From assembly GCA_041641295.1 (NCBI GenBank), contig JBEPYO010000001.1, positions 1,318,038-1,350,037 of the forward strand: a DNA stretch of 32,000 bases, given 5' to 3'. This DNA is from Nitrososphaerota archaeon (GTDB lineage Archaea; Thermoproteota; Nitrososphaeria_A; Caldarchaeales; Calditenuaceae). Positions 7,911 through 16,840 of the stretch are shown in pieces. The notes beneath the pieces are model-generated. The model was not told where the DNA came from and did not search any database. It saw only the letters and a program-made list of their open reading frames with translations. The position numbers and the translations under genes were made by a program. Numbering within the stretch: the first letter of the stretch is position 1; each line of letters begins with the position of its first letter.

Positions 7911-8924
7911 TTAGTGCTTCTCCCTCAGAGCCTTCAACACTTTTTCAGGGGTTATGGGTAGCTCGGTAATCTGTACACCAATGGCATCGTAGATCGCATT
8001 AACGATCGCTGGTGCTATGCCGTTTGCCACCATCTCGCCCACGCCCTTAGCACCATATGGGCCTGTCTGGGTGGGCGATTCTACAATTTTGTAGATAATC
8101 TTTGGTACGTCGCCTGCTGTGGGTAAGACGTATTCGCGGAAGCTCGTGGTTTGATGTGTTAGTTGCGGGTATCGGGGATAAACTGTCTCTCTAAGGGCAG
8201 CGCCCAGACCCATAACCGCGCCACCTATTATCTGGCCCTCAACTAGTTTTGGATTAATGGCTCTGCCAACTTCGTAGACTGTAACTAGCTGAAGGACGGT
8301 CACCTCTCCGGTCTCGGTGTCAACCTCTACATCTGCCACTACACAGCCATGAGCCATCGTAGAATGAGGGTCGGACTCTCCAGTGTCGGGATCTACAAGG
8401 CTTTTGGGCTTGACATAATGACCCTTACCTACGACCGGAGTATTGTAGACGAACTGCGCTTGGCTAGCGACCTCCCTCACGGTTAGGGACTTATCTGGCA
8501 CACCCCTAACCCATATCTTACCATTCCTAATTTCTAGGTCTTGCGGTGAGACCTCCAGTATTTTCGACGCTACATCCAGCAGTATCTGCCTTACCTCCTG
8601 TCCAGCTTTTATAATTGCATTTCCCATCCTGTGTGTTGTTCTACTGGCAAATGTACCTGTATCGTGAGGGGCTAATTGTGTATCTCCAAATCTGACTTCA
8701 ACGTCTTCAACAGAGGCTCCGATGGCTTCGGCCGCGATCTGGGCCAGTACTGTTCTCAAACCTTGGCCCAGCTCGACGCTCGCTACATTTACCACGAATG
8801 TGCCGTCCGGCTGGGCTACTATAACTGTCTGGCTAGGGTCTCCACCAAGGTTCATGCCCGTTGGATAGCATATGGCCGCGATGCCCCGACCCCTAAGCTT
8901 CGCCACTTCCCCCTTCACCCCCAT
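7911..8924 (-). CDS. molybdopterin-dependent hydroxylase large subunit, C-terminal part (xanthine dehydrogenase/aldehyde oxidoreductase family)
   Basis: 337 aa. Begins ..RGRGIAAICYP.. and contains SVELGQGLRTVLAQIAAEALG..V.V..GDT...P.DTGTFASRTT and GAKGVGEM, typical of the second MoCo-binding domain. Overlaps the N-terminal ORF by 10 nt. Confidence 0.85.
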   Translation of the reverse strand: MGVKGEVAKLRGRGIAAICYPTGMNLGGDPSQTVIVAQPDGTFVVNVASVELGQGLRTVLAQIAAEAIGASVEDVEVRFGDTQLAPHDTGTFASRTTHRMGNAIIKAGQEVRQILLDVASKILEVSPQDLEIRNGKIWVRGVPDKSLTVREVASQAQFVYNTPVVGKGHYVKPKSLVDPDTGESDPHSTMAHGCVVADVEVDTETGEVTVLQLVTVYEVGRAINPKLVEGQIIGGAVMGLGAALRETVYPRYPQLTHQTTSFREYVLPTAGDVPKIIYKIVESPTQTGPYGAKGVGEMVANGIAPAIVNAIYDAIGVQITELPITPEKVLKALREKH

Positions 8925-10285
8925 GAACTCATCTGAAGCAGGTGACTAGGTAGACTAACACCTGCGAGTGCAGCCGCTTCCTTCATGACTTCGATAAGGT
9001 AAGCATCGTCTATCAGCCTACCCGTGGCCGAGACCTGTCCATTCTTGTAAGCGTTCTTAAACCTGAACTCCCACGAATCAATACCCAGCTTCCTGGCATC
9101 CCTCTCTATCTGCAACTCCACGGCGTAAGAGACTTCAAAGACTCCGTATCCCCGCATGGCACTCGAGGGCTGCCTATTAGTGTATACACAGTATCCCTCA
9201 TAGTATACGTTGGGGATTTGGTACGGTCCCGAGAGGTTAACTGTTGCCTTTATGACACCGTATGGAGACGTTCTGGTGTACGCTCCCGAGTCGTGGAGGA
9301 GTCTCGCCTTTCTCCCTAGGATCAGACCATCACTTGATAGAGCGTCCTGAATCTCAATCTTAACGGCTGGGCGCGTAGTAGACACGGTGAACTCCTCCTC
9401 CCTAGTCCACCTCCATTTGACAGGTCTCCCAACACACATCGCGGCAACAGCGACCTGCATCTCAAATTCTGGGTCCACCTTGCCTCCGAACCCTCCACCC
9501 ACCGCTGGGGCAACAACCCGTATATTCGACGCGGGAATCTTGAGGATTGTAGCTACATTATCCCTCACAAAATACGGCGCCTGGGTCGTAGTGTATATTG
9601 TGAGCCTCTGCCCCGGCTCAGGCTTCGCCACACATACATGTGGCTCAATCGGCGCATGCTCGATTGGCGGAATCAGGTAGCTGCCCTCGACCACGTAGTC
9701 CGCCCTCTTAAAAGCCGCCTCCACATCACCCCTCTTCACCAAGAAGAAGGGCCTGCCAGGCCTGCCGGGCCTAGTTGCTCCGTCCATTCCTGAGCCATAG
9801 ATGAAGGCGTTTATACCCCACTTCGTGATGACGGGCGCACCGGGCTTCAGTGCCTCCTCCATGTCGAGAACAGGGGGCAGCTCCTCGATCTCAACTTCCA
9901 CCAACTGAGCCCCCTTAGCAGCAGTTTCTTCATCTTTAGCGACTACGAGGCATATTGCCTCTCCCTTATAGTTAACCTCACTCTCTGGAAGAACAGGCTC
10001 ATCAGGCGGACCTATACCTATTCCAGCCATGTTGACGTGAATGTTATTAGGCACATCTTTAGCGGTAATTATCCGCACGACACCCGGCAGCTTTTCAGCC
10101 TTCGAAGTGTCAATCTTCTTGATCCTACCACGTGCCACGGGGCTGCGAACAGCCTTTACCCAAAGCATCCCTGGGAAAGATATCTCATCGACGTATTGTG
10201 TGGCGCCGGTGACGTGGCTCAACAGCTGGACATTCTTAACAGGTGAGCCTACAACCGAGAACTGACTCGACATTGCCTCTCTCAC
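8915..10285 (-). CDS. molybdopterin-dependent hydroxylase large subunit, N-terminal part (a/b-hammerhead plus first MoCo-binding domain)
   Basis: 456 aa. GATQYVDEISFPGMLW, GVVRIITAKDVP, GGGFGGK, and SSAMRGYGVFE at the active-site loop position. The latter is not the VAYRCSFR loop of genuine form-I CO dehydrogenase. Confidence 0.85.
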   Translation of the reverse strand: MREAMSSQFSVVGSPVKNVQLLSHVTGATQYVDEISFPGMLWVKAVRSPVARGRIKKIDTSKAEKLPGVVRIITAKDVPNNIHVNMAGIGIGPPDEPVLPESEVNYKGEAICLVVAKDEETAAKGAQLVEVEIEELPPVLDMEEALKPGAPVITKWGINAFIYGSGMDGATRPGRPGRPFFLVKRGDVEAAFKRADYVVEGSYLIPPIEHAPIEPHVCVAKPEPGQRLTIYTTTQAPYFVRDNVATILKIPASNIRVVAPAVGGGFGGKVDPEFEMQVAVAAMCVGRPVKWRWTREEEFTVSTTRPAVKIEIQDALSSDGLILGRKARLLHDSGAYTRTSPYGVIKATVNLSGPYQIPNVYYEGYCVYTNRQPSSAMRGYGVFEVSYAVELQIERDARKLGIDSWEFRFKNAYKNGQVSATGRLIDDAYLIEVMKEAAALAGVSLPSHLLQMSSWG

Positions 10286-10746
10286 CTCTTAGCTACTGAC
10301 TTGATAGCGTTTATGATTGGAATATAGCCTGTACATCTGCAGAGGTTGCCCGCCAGTGCGTCAAACAACTCCTCGTCAGAGGGGGTCGGGTTCTTTTCGA
10401 GGAGAACTTTGGCCGTCAAGATCATTCCGGGAGTGCAATATCCACACTGCGCCGCATCGTTCTCGAGGAAGGCTTTCTGTATTTCACTCAATTCACCGTC
10501 GCGAGCCAAGCCAGCCACGGTTGTGACTTCCTTCCCGTCAACATAGCCGGCAAGTGTAAGGCATGAATACCTGAGCCTCCCGTTGATCAAGACCATGCAC
10601 GCGCCGCACGACCCTTCCCCGCATCCGAAATTCACAGAACCCACACCTATCTTGTCCTTCAATACTTTCAGGAGAGTGTCTGTATGCTTTACGTCAACCT
10701 CGACGTCTTGACCATCAAGTTTGAATCTTATTCTCAATTCAATCAC
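10282..10746 (-). CDS. molybdenum hydroxylase [2Fe-2S] small subunit (CoxS/CutS-like)
   Basis: 154 aa with CGEGSCGAC (plant-type cluster) and CGYCTPG ... CRCTGY (second cluster). 4-nt overlaps with both neighbouring genes. Confidence 0.9.
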   Translation of the reverse strand: MIELRIRFKLDGQDVEVDVKHTDTLLKVLKDKIGVGSVNFGCGEGSCGACMVLINGRLRYSCLTLAGYVDGKEVTTVAGLARDGELSEIQKAFLENDAAQCGYCTPGMILTAKVLLEKNPTPSDEELFDALAGNLCRCTGYIPIINAIKSVAKR

Positions 10747-11591
10747 CCCCGAGAGATGAAGTCATATAAAATCCTTTTGAAAAGGACTTGTGCAAGCTCC
10801 CTCCTATACCATGAGGACGCCAGAGCATCGTCGATTACCTCCACTCCATCGGTTAACTGTTGAGCCGCCCCGTCTATAAGCTGCTCTGTTAACTTCTTGC
10901 CCGTAAACATTTTTTCGACCTTCTTAGCGCGGTATGGATGTGTTGTCAGGCCCCCTAGTGCCACCATTGCTCTGCGCGCTTTGCCATTCCTGTCCAAATC
11001 AAGGCTAACAGAGACAGAAGCTATTGTTGGCCCGCTATACTTCCAAGGAGTCTGCTTCAGGAATGCGGAATGCTTTGGCGGCTTGTTAATCTTGACCGCT
11101 GTCAGTATCTCATCTGGTCTGATGTTGAACTGTAGCGGGCCTTTGTAGAACTTGGATAGTGGCACACTTCGCACACCGCCGCCCCCTCTCAGAATGAGTA
11201 TCGCGTCAAGGGCTAGGAGGGCAGTTGCTATGTCTCCTGCGGGTGCAGGTGTGAAGATGTTGCCGCCAACAGTGGCCATGTCTTTGAGTGCAAGACCGTG
11301 TATACTTTCTGCAGCTCTCTTCAATGCATCCGGGAGACCTCTGCTCCGAATTAGCCTCGCGATAGGGGTTGTGGCGCCTATCTCGATACTGTTCGCCCGA
11401 ATTTTCACATAGTTGAGGGGGACTTTCTCAAGAGATATTATGGCTTGAGGCTCAATTATCATTTTGCTAATTAGCTGTACGGCGGCTGTTCCACCGGCCA
11501 CGACTAGTGCCTTATCCCTGAGCTTTCTCTTAAGCGACACGACCTCTTGCACGTTTGCAGGCGTAAGATAGCCACTCGCAATTAGACTCAT
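10743..11591 (-). CDS. molybdenum hydroxylase FAD-binding medium subunit (CoxM/CutM-like)
   Basis: FAD-binding PCMH-type pattern (VVAGGTAAVQLI, ATVGGNI, AGDIATALLALDA). I prefer ATG 11591 (MSLIASGYL) because a T-rich box (GCTATTTTTTTGAG on the minus strand, about 11613-11625) sits about 25-30 nt upstream. The ORF track extends to 11630. Confidence 0.85.
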   Translation of the reverse strand: MSLIASGYLTPANVQEVVSLKRKLRDKALVVAGGTAAVQLISKMIIEPQAIISLEKVPLNYVKIRANSIEIGATTPIARLIRSRGLPDALKRAAESIHGLALKDMATVGGNIFTPAPAGDIATALLALDAILILRGGGGVRSVPLSKFYKGPLQFNIRPDEILTAVKINKPPKHSAFLKQTPWKYSGPTIASVSVSLDLDRNGKARRAMVALGGLTTHPYRAKKVEKMFTGKKLTEQLIDGAAQQLTDGVEVIDDALASSWYRRELAQVLFKRILYDFISRG

Positions 11592-11770
11592 ATCATCAAA
11601 CGCCTCGCATCTCAAAAAAATAGCTAACATTTAAGCATTCTGACAGCCTATCACAGATACCGCGTTGAATAAACCGAGTAACCCCTCTATCTGCATTGTA
11701 GAAATACTCCTATGAGGGCGATTCACATATCCCGTTAAACCAATTGGCAACGATTGAGTTTTCGAAAGAG

Positions 11771-11842
11771 TGGACCGGGCGGGATTCGAACCCGCGACCT
11801 CCCGGGTGCAAACCGGGTGATCTACCGCTGATCTACCGGCCC
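11771..11842 (-). tRNA. tRNA-Ala (anticodon UGC)
   Basis: The reverse complement reads GGGCCGG TA GATC AGCGGTA GATC A CCCGG TTTGCAC CCGGG AGGTC GCGGG TTCGAAT CCCGC CCGGTCC A. This is a complete 72-nt cloverleaf with the G3:U70 Ala identity pair and discriminator A. No CCA is encoded and there is no intron. Confidence 0.95.
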
Positions 11843-11864
11843 CTATACTCAAGCTTGGCTCGAG

Positions 11865-11876
11865 GAAAATATAAAG
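11865..11876. promoter_or_regulatory. shared A/T box (GAAAATATAAAG) between divergent tRNA-Ala and atpF
   Basis: The box centre is about 29 nt from the tRNA 5' end (11842, minus strand) and about 31 nt from the atpF ATG (11902, plus strand). Confidence 0.4.
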
Positions 11877-11901
11877 TGTGGATGTGGGTGTGGGTGATTG
11901 G

Positions 11902-12198
11902 ATGAGGGCAGTGGCTGTGGGTGGCAAGCTTTTCGTCGCTTCGTTCCGTATTGCGGGGATGGGTGGTGTGGTTGTGGAGGATGGGCGTGAGGCTCTAAGG
12001 GTCATTCAGGAACTCTCTAGGGACCCTGATGTCGGCTTGATACTTGTGAGCGACGAGTTTGGGCCCGAGTTTGCCAGCAGGGTCGGGCAGCTCAGCTCTA
12101 CCCTTCCAAAACCAGTGGTCTATCTCCTCCCGAAACCGGGTGAAAAGCCCTCCGAGGTAGACTACAGGGCGATGCTTAGGAGGATACTAGGTATTTAA
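11902..12198 (+). CDS. atpF: A/V-type ATP synthase subunit F
   Basis: MRAVAVGGKLFVASFRIAGMGGVVVEDGREALRVIQELSRDPDVGLILVSDEF is the typical subunit F pattern. ATG 11902 is preferred over the track's GTG 11878, which abuts the TATA box. Confidence 0.8.
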   Translation: MRAVAVGGKLFVASFRIAGMGGVVVEDGREALRVIQELSRDPDVGLILVSDEFGPEFASRVGQLSSTLPKPVVYLLPKPGEKPSEVDYRAMLRRILGI

Positions 12199-12225
12199 CG
12201 TGGCGGGCTGAGCGGTTGATGGGTT

Positions 12226-12834
12226 ATGCCCCCGATGAAGCTTGAGGATGTTTTGAAGAGTGTCGTTGAGGACGCCCTGGTAGAGTTTAGGGCGAAGATC
12301 CGGGAGATTGAGGAGGAGGGTCTGAGGCGGCTTAGGGAAGGTGCTGATGAGCTGGGAAGACAGGCCGCCGCCGCTTCGCAGGCTATTCAGAGAGAGTCCA
12401 CCGCATTGAGAATGAGGCTTGTCAGCCAAGCCATGCTTGAGGCTAGACGCGAATACTTAGAATCGGTTGAAAAATGCGTCGATACAATCATCAAGGAGGC
12501 CCTAGACCGTATACCCTCCCTGAAGAAGAGCGGGGAGTATCGCCAGGCCCTCAGCGCTCTTCTGAGGGAGGCCTTAGAGGTTGTTGGGAGTGATGAAGTA
12601 GTGGTCGAGTGTTCGAGAGAGGATCAGCGGCAGGTACGTGAGCTTGCGGGAGAGCTGGGAAAGGAACTTGGTGTAAAGATTAGGTTATCGGAGAATTCAC
12701 TTGACAGTGTGGGTGGGGTTAGAGTGATTAGAAGTGATGGCTCCATGATTTATGATAATACTGTCGAGGCTAGGCTTGAGAGGATGCGTGAGGAAATTCG
12801 TAGGGAAATAATCAAGCGGCTCCTCGCCTCCTGA
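12226..12834 (+). CDS. atpE: A/V-type ATP synthase subunit E
   Basis: 202 aa with a long charged N-terminal helix. The C-terminal globular part contains [35 protein letters not shown] (compare GGv....dG.i..dnT.e.rl). Located between atpF and atpA. Confidence 0.8.
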   Translation: MPPMKLEDVLKSVVEDALVEFRAKIREIEEEGLRRLREGADELGRQAAAASQAIQRESTALRMRLVSQAMLEARREYLESVEKCVDTIIKEALDRIPSLKKSGEYRQALSALLREALEVVGSDEVVVECSREDQRQVRELAGELGKELGVKIRLSENSLDSVGGVRVIRSDGSMIYDNTVEARLERMREEIRREIIKRLLAS

Positions 12835-12880
12835 AGATAGTCAAAGTTTTTTAGCTGGATATGTGCTGAAACCATTAGTT

Positions 12881-14653
12881 ATGCCTGTTAAGGGAAAGAT
12901 CCTCTGGATATCTGGTCCGACGGTTAAGGCTGGAGGAATGACGGGAGCTAAGATGTACGAGATGGTATATGTCGGTGAGGAGAAGCTTGTCGGCGAGGTC
13001 ATCAGACTCAGCGGGGACAATGCCTACGTGCAGGTATATGAGAACACTTCGGGATTAGCCCCCGAAGAGCCCGTCATAGGTACGGGCGGCCCCCTCTCCG
13101 TCACCCTCGGGCCCGGCGTAATAGGTAGCATCTATGATGGTGTTCAGAGGCCGCTTGACAGGATAGCTCAGCAGGTCGGCGCCTTTGTGAAGAGGGGTGT
13201 ATCGGTTCCGAGCATCCCGCTGGATAAGAAGTGGAGGTTCAAGCCCCTGGTCAAGGTGGGGGCACGGGCTGAGCCTGGGACCGTGATAGGTGAGGTTGAG
13301 GAGACACCTCTAATCAAGACGTACATCATGATTCCGCCAGACGTTAAGCCGGGAACGATAAAGTATGTTGCACCGGAAGGTGAGTACACGGTGCAGGAGA
13401 CTGTGGCCGAGATAGAGGGCAAGGAGGGCAAAGTAGCTGTATCAATGATGCATAGGTGGCCCGTGAGGAGTCCACGCCCAATAAAGAGGAGGCTTGACCC
13501 TGTCGTCCCCCTGATAACTGGTCAACGCGTCCTAGACATTCTCTTCCCAATGGCCAAGGGTGGGACAGGCTGTATACCCGGAGCTTTTGGGACTGGGAAG
13601 ACGGTCACGCTACATCAGCTGGCTAAGTGGAGCGATGCGAAGGTTATACTCCACATAGGGTGTGGTGAGCGTGGGAATGAGGAGGCTGAGGTCCTGAAGG
13701 AGTTTCCGCATCTGACAGACCCTCACACCGGCAGACCCCTCATGGAGAGGACTGTGCTGATAGCTAACACTAGCAATATGCCAGTCTCGGCTAGAGAGGC
13801 CAGCATCTACACTGGTGCAGCATTGGCAGAGTATTATAGGGATATGGGGTATGATGTCCTGCTTGTGGCCGATTCGACGAGCCGGTGGGCTGAGGCTCTG
13901 AGGGAGATTAGCGGGCGGTTGGAGGAGATGCCAGCCGAGGAGGGTTATCCAAGCTATCTAGCAAGCAGGCTTGCGGAGTTCTATGAGAGGGCCGGACGAG
14001 TAGAGGTCCTCGGAGAACCCAGCAGGGTTGGAAGCCTCACAATCGTGGGGGCTGTCTCACCCCCCGGCGGAGACTTCACAGAACCGGTCACTACACATAC
14101 GCTCAGGTTTGTCAGGGTCTTTTGGGCGCTCGACCCCAACCTAGCATATACACGGCACTATCCGGCCATAAACTGGATAATGAGCTACTCCGCATACGTA
14201 GACACCGTGGCGGAGTGGTGGAGCAAGATAGGCGGAGACTGGTATGAGGCGAGGGCCAAGCTATACAGTATCCTGAGGAGGGAGGAGGAGTTGCTAGAGC
14301 TTGTGAGGCTACTGGGCCCCGAAGCACTCGCGGATGAAGAGAACCTGATCCTAGATGTTGCAAGGATGATCAGGGAGGGATTCCTACAGCAGAGCGCCTA
14401 CGATGAGGTGGACTCCTACTGTAACCCGCAGAAGCAGTTTAAGATGCTCAAAATGTTTGTAAACTTCTATGAGCAGGCACTCGCAGCCATAGGCAGGGGG
14501 GTGAAAATCGAGGACATAAGAGCGCTCAAGGTCATTACAAAGATGCTGAGGGCGAAATACATGATAAGAAACGAGGAGCTCGATAAGTTCGACGAGCTGG
14601 AGGCCGAAATAAGGTCGGAGATTGAGGCGTTAAAGGCCGAAGTCCCTGCGTGA
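12881..14653 (+). CDS. atpA: A/V-type ATP synthase catalytic subunit A
   Basis: [18 protein letters not shown]-terminus, Walker [52 protein letters not shown]. No intein insertion is evident. ATG 12881 is preferred (T-rich box at about 12843-12855); the track start is GTG 12863. Confidence 0.95.
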   Translation: MPVKGKILWISGPTVKAGGMTGAKMYEMVYVGEEKLVGEVIRLSGDNAYVQVYENTSGLAPEEPVIGTGGPLSVTLGPGVIGSIYDGVQRPLDRIAQQVGAFVKRGVSVPSIPLDKKWRFKPLVKVGARAEPGTVIGEVEETPLIKTYIMIPPDVKPGTIKYVAPEGEYTVQETVAEIEGKEGKVAVSMMHRWPVRSPRPIKRRLDPVVPLITGQRVLDILFPMAKGGTGCIPGAFGTGKTVTLHQLAKWSDAKVILHIGCGERGNEEAEVLKEFPHLTDPHTGRPLMERTVLIANTSNMPVSAREASIYTGAALAEYYRDMGYDVLLVADSTSRWAEALREISGRLEEMPAEEGYPSYLASRLAEFYERAGRVEVLGEPSRVGSLTIVGAVSPPGGDFTEPVTTHTLRFVRVFWALDPNLAYTRHYPAINWIMSYSAYVDTVAEWWSKIGGDWYEARAKLYSILRREEELLELVRLLGPEALADEENLILDVARMIREGFLQQSAYDEVDSYCNPQKQFKMLKMFVNFYEQALAAIGRGVKIEDIRALKVITKMLRAKYMIRNEELDKFDELEAEIRSEIEALKAEVPA

Positions 14654-14658
14654 AGAAA

Positions 14659-15222
14659 TTATCTGAGCCGTAAAAGGTCCTTCGATGCTATCAAAACCTC
14701 AGTCGCCTTAACTATTGCCAAGACCTCTCCACCTTCGCGGATGTTCAGCCTATCAACACTCTGTGTCGTAACTATTGCCCTCAGAGGCTGTCCCGGCTCC
14801 AGCTCCATTTCAACCATACTCAATATCTCGCCCCTCTGAACATACTTTACTCTGCATCTTAAGATGTTCCGCGCACTCAGAAAGCTTTCTATGAAGGTGG
14901 TAATGAAGCCCGGCCTAGTAACCGTCCTAGCTGAATAATAGCTCTCAAGCAGTCTGTAAGCATGCTCAGTTAACGCGCTTCCACCCCCACCCCTGCCACC
15001 CCTCCTAACCTCCACGAGTTTTACTCCGAGTCGAGACTCAAGAAAGCGAATCCATTTCAAACCAGTCTTGAGCGTCACGCCAACCTCGCGGCATGCCTTG
15101 CTCAGACTTCCATACCTCCTCACACTATCCAGTAGCTCAAAGTAAGGTATACCCACGCTTATGTAACTGTCCCCGTCAACCTTCAAAACCACCTTGCCCT
15201 CACGAACTTCGGTTACCGACAT
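14659..15222 (-). CDS. ModE-like molybdate/tungstate-responsive regulator (HTH plus one Mop/TOBE domain)
   Basis: N-terminal ModE-type HTH (FELLDSVRRYGSLSKACREVGVTLKTGLKWIRFLESRLGVKLVEVRRGGRGGGGSALTEHA). C-terminal TOBE-like domain (ARNILRCRVKYVQRGEILSMVEMEL...LRAIVTTQSVDRLNIREGGEVLAIVKATEVLI). ATG 15222 leaves room for the promoter; the track start is 15246. Confidence 0.75.
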   Translation of the reverse strand: MSVTEVREGKVVLKVDGDSYISVGIPYFELLDSVRRYGSLSKACREVGVTLKTGLKWIRFLESRLGVKLVEVRRGGRGGGGSALTEHAYRLLESYYSARTVTRPGFITTFIESFLSARNILRCRVKYVQRGEILSMVEMELEPGQPLRAIVTTQSVDRLNIREGGEVLAIVKATEVLIASKDLLRLR

Positions 15223-15246
15223 GTATCGTTGAGTAATATGCTGCAT

Positions 15247-15266
15247 ATATTTAAATAGTTTATAAG
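15247..15266. promoter_or_regulatory. compact divergent promoter region (ATATTTAAATAGTTTATAAG) between the modE-like and wtpA-like genes
   Basis: This is the only A/T-rich sequence in the 33-57 nt between the two start codons. It lies 22-33 nt upstream of GTG 15280 and 25-44 nt upstream of ATG 15222. Confidence 0.4.
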
Positions 15267-15279
15267 GCTGTTAAGCCAT

Positions 15280-16149
15280 GTGTTAAGTAAATTTACCCTA
15301 CTGTCAATAATTGCGGCGGTTATCATGACCTTAGCCGCCGCGGCATTTCTTACCTTAAACACGTTAGGGGGGAGGGGTGTCGTCGTCTTTGCGGCACCTA
15401 CCTTGATGGGGGTTGCTAGGGGGGCCGCGGACCTATATGGCTCTGGCTCAGTTGATGTGCGATCGATAGGTAGTGTGATGGGGGTCAGGTTGATTCAGGC
15501 CGGTAATGTGCCGGATGTCTTCCTTAGTGTAGACTGGGAGCTCTTGAAGTTTATTCAGCCCCGCAGAGTCCTCGATCTGGGACACTTCAGACTACTACTC
15601 GTCTGCAGAGATAACTACACCCTAGCCGACCTAGGACATGTCAAGCTAGGCATAGCTAACCCCAACCTCGCACCCATAGGATACAGATCCCTAGCTGCAA
15701 TTTACTGGCTCGGCACTAAATACAAATCGCTCACGCTTGACGAGGTAAGCCTTAGTCTTAACATAACTTATATTCACAACTCTTCCGACCAAAGTGTCTG
15801 GATCTATGCCCGCAACTTCGAGGCAAATGGGCGGTTTACAGCGCGGGACGATCTAGCAGGCGTGGCCGCGTTGCTGGAGGGCGGGGCTGTTGACTGCATA
15901 TTCGCCCACTCACCCTTTATAGTTGCGAGGGGTTATGCCGGTCGTTTCAAGATAATCGAGATGCCAGAAGAGATAACATTTCTCCAAGACCCTCCAATAA
16001 AGTTCATAGCAGTAACTGAGTCCGGCCCCATAGAGGTTAAGGCGTTCCGCGCATTCGCTGTCTCATTCACGCCTGCGGGAGATGACTTTCTAGATAAGAT
16101 GGAGCAGATAGATTTGGAGAAGTATGGTCTGTGGAGGGGCCGTGGATAG
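15280..16149 (+). CDS. wtpA: tungstate/molybdate ABC transporter substrate-binding protein (WtpA/ModA family)
   Basis: N-terminal hydrophobic anchor. GIANPNLAPIGYRSLAAI resembles the WtpA block G.SNPN.DPCGYRSL.AI, and PDVFLSVDWEL resembles ADVIATADYTL (recalled from Pyrococcus WtpA). Permease and ATPase genes follow, and a ModE-like regulator is divergent. Confidence 0.65.
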   Translation: MLSKFTLLSIIAAVIMTLAAAAFLTLNTLGGRGVVVFAAPTLMGVARGAADLYGSGSVDVRSIGSVMGVRLIQAGNVPDVFLSVDWELLKFIQPRRVLDLGHFRLLLVCRDNYTLADLGHVKLGIANPNLAPIGYRSLAAIYWLGTKYKSLTLDEVSLSLNITYIHNSSDQSVWIYARNFEANGRFTARDDLAGVAALLEGGAVDCIFAHSPFIVARGYAGRFKIIEMPEEITFLQDPPIKFIAVTESGPIEVKAFRAFAVSFTPAGDDFLDKMEQIDLEKYGLWRGRG

Positions 16150-16840
16150 AATACTTCTCCTCGCAGTTGCAGTCTCAATGGCATATTTTATACTACTGTC
16201 GTTACCGGCCGTTATAGTGTTTGGCGCCACCCCTTCGCCCAGTTTCTTCTGGATCGTCGCATCCACAGCGACGTACGCGACAGTATCCTCACTCATAGTC
16301 CTCCCTATATCCTTCATACTAGGTTTCGCCCTAGCGTTCAGAGCCTCAGGCAGCTATATAATGCCACTCATACTATTCTCAACCGCCATTCCACACACTG
16401 CCCTCGGCGTACTACTCGCTCCGACAGTCTTCAGCCTCAAGATTACAGACACTGCCGCCGCAGTTGTTCTGGGAATGTTTGTTGTATCGCTGCCCATCGG
16501 GGTTGGAGTTATGAGGGCATCATTTGCAGCTCAGGGGGTTGAGTTAGAGGAGTTTTTGCGGAGTATGGGTGTGAGGGGTGTGAGGCTGCAGTGGTTCTAC
16601 CTCAGAGCATCCCCTACAAGTGTCATTCTCGCGGCCCTCTTATCATGGTTTAGAGCCTTCTCTGAGCTGGGCGTCTTCCTCATAGTGGCGCAGAGGCCCC
16701 AGACGGTGGGTATATACATCTTCGAGGAGTTTCTCAAAAACGGGCCTACAGCGGTCGTCTCCGCTTCACTAGTGCTCTTAGCGGTCGCTATAGTGCTGAC
16801 TTTAGTTGCGGTGATGCTGGAGCGTGCTCGAAATCCGTAA
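16124..16840 (+). CDS. wtpB: tungstate/molybdate ABC transporter permease
   Basis: 238-aa polytopic membrane ORF with an EAA-like loop (ELEEFLRSMGVRGVRLQWFYLRASP). The start could be ATG 16124 or GTG 16142; both overlap the wtpA stop. Confidence 0.7.
   Translation: MVCGGAVDRILLLAVAVSMAYFILLSLPAVIVFGATPSPSFFWIVASTATYATVSSLIVLPISFILGFALAFRASGSYIMPLILFSTAIPHTALGVLLAPTVFSLKITDTAAAVVLGMFVVSLPIGVGVMRASFAAQGVELEEFLRSMGVRGVRLQWFYLRASPTSVILAALLSWFRAFSELGVFLIVAQRPQTVGIYIFEEFLKNGPTAVVSASLVLLAVAIVLTLVAVMLERARNP

Noticed and set aside
7911-11591. Annotating the Mo-enzyme operon as aerobic CO dehydrogenase (coxMSL)
   Set aside because: The large subunit has SSAMRGYGVFE at the active-site loop position rather than the VAYRCSFR signature of form-I CODH. 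Only the generic xanthine dehydrogenase/aldehyde oxidoreductase family can be supported.
11878-11925. G-rich tract (GTGGATGTGGGTGTGGGTGATTGGATGAGGGCAGTGGCTGTGGGTGG) as a potential G-quadruplex at the atpF 5' end
   Set aside because: The GGG runs are separated by loops of 10-11 nt. The tract is largely explained by Gly/Val/Trp codons at the start of the ORF. The evidence is weak.
11631-12005. 124-aa minus-strand ORF in the track
   Set aside because: It runs straight through the tRNA-Ala gene (11771-11842) and the promoter spacer. It has a low-complexity Pro/Thr/Ser composition and is almost certainly not coding.
12881-14653. Intein in atpA
   Set aside because: The length (about 590 aa) and the uninterrupted catalytic-core motifs argue against any insertion.
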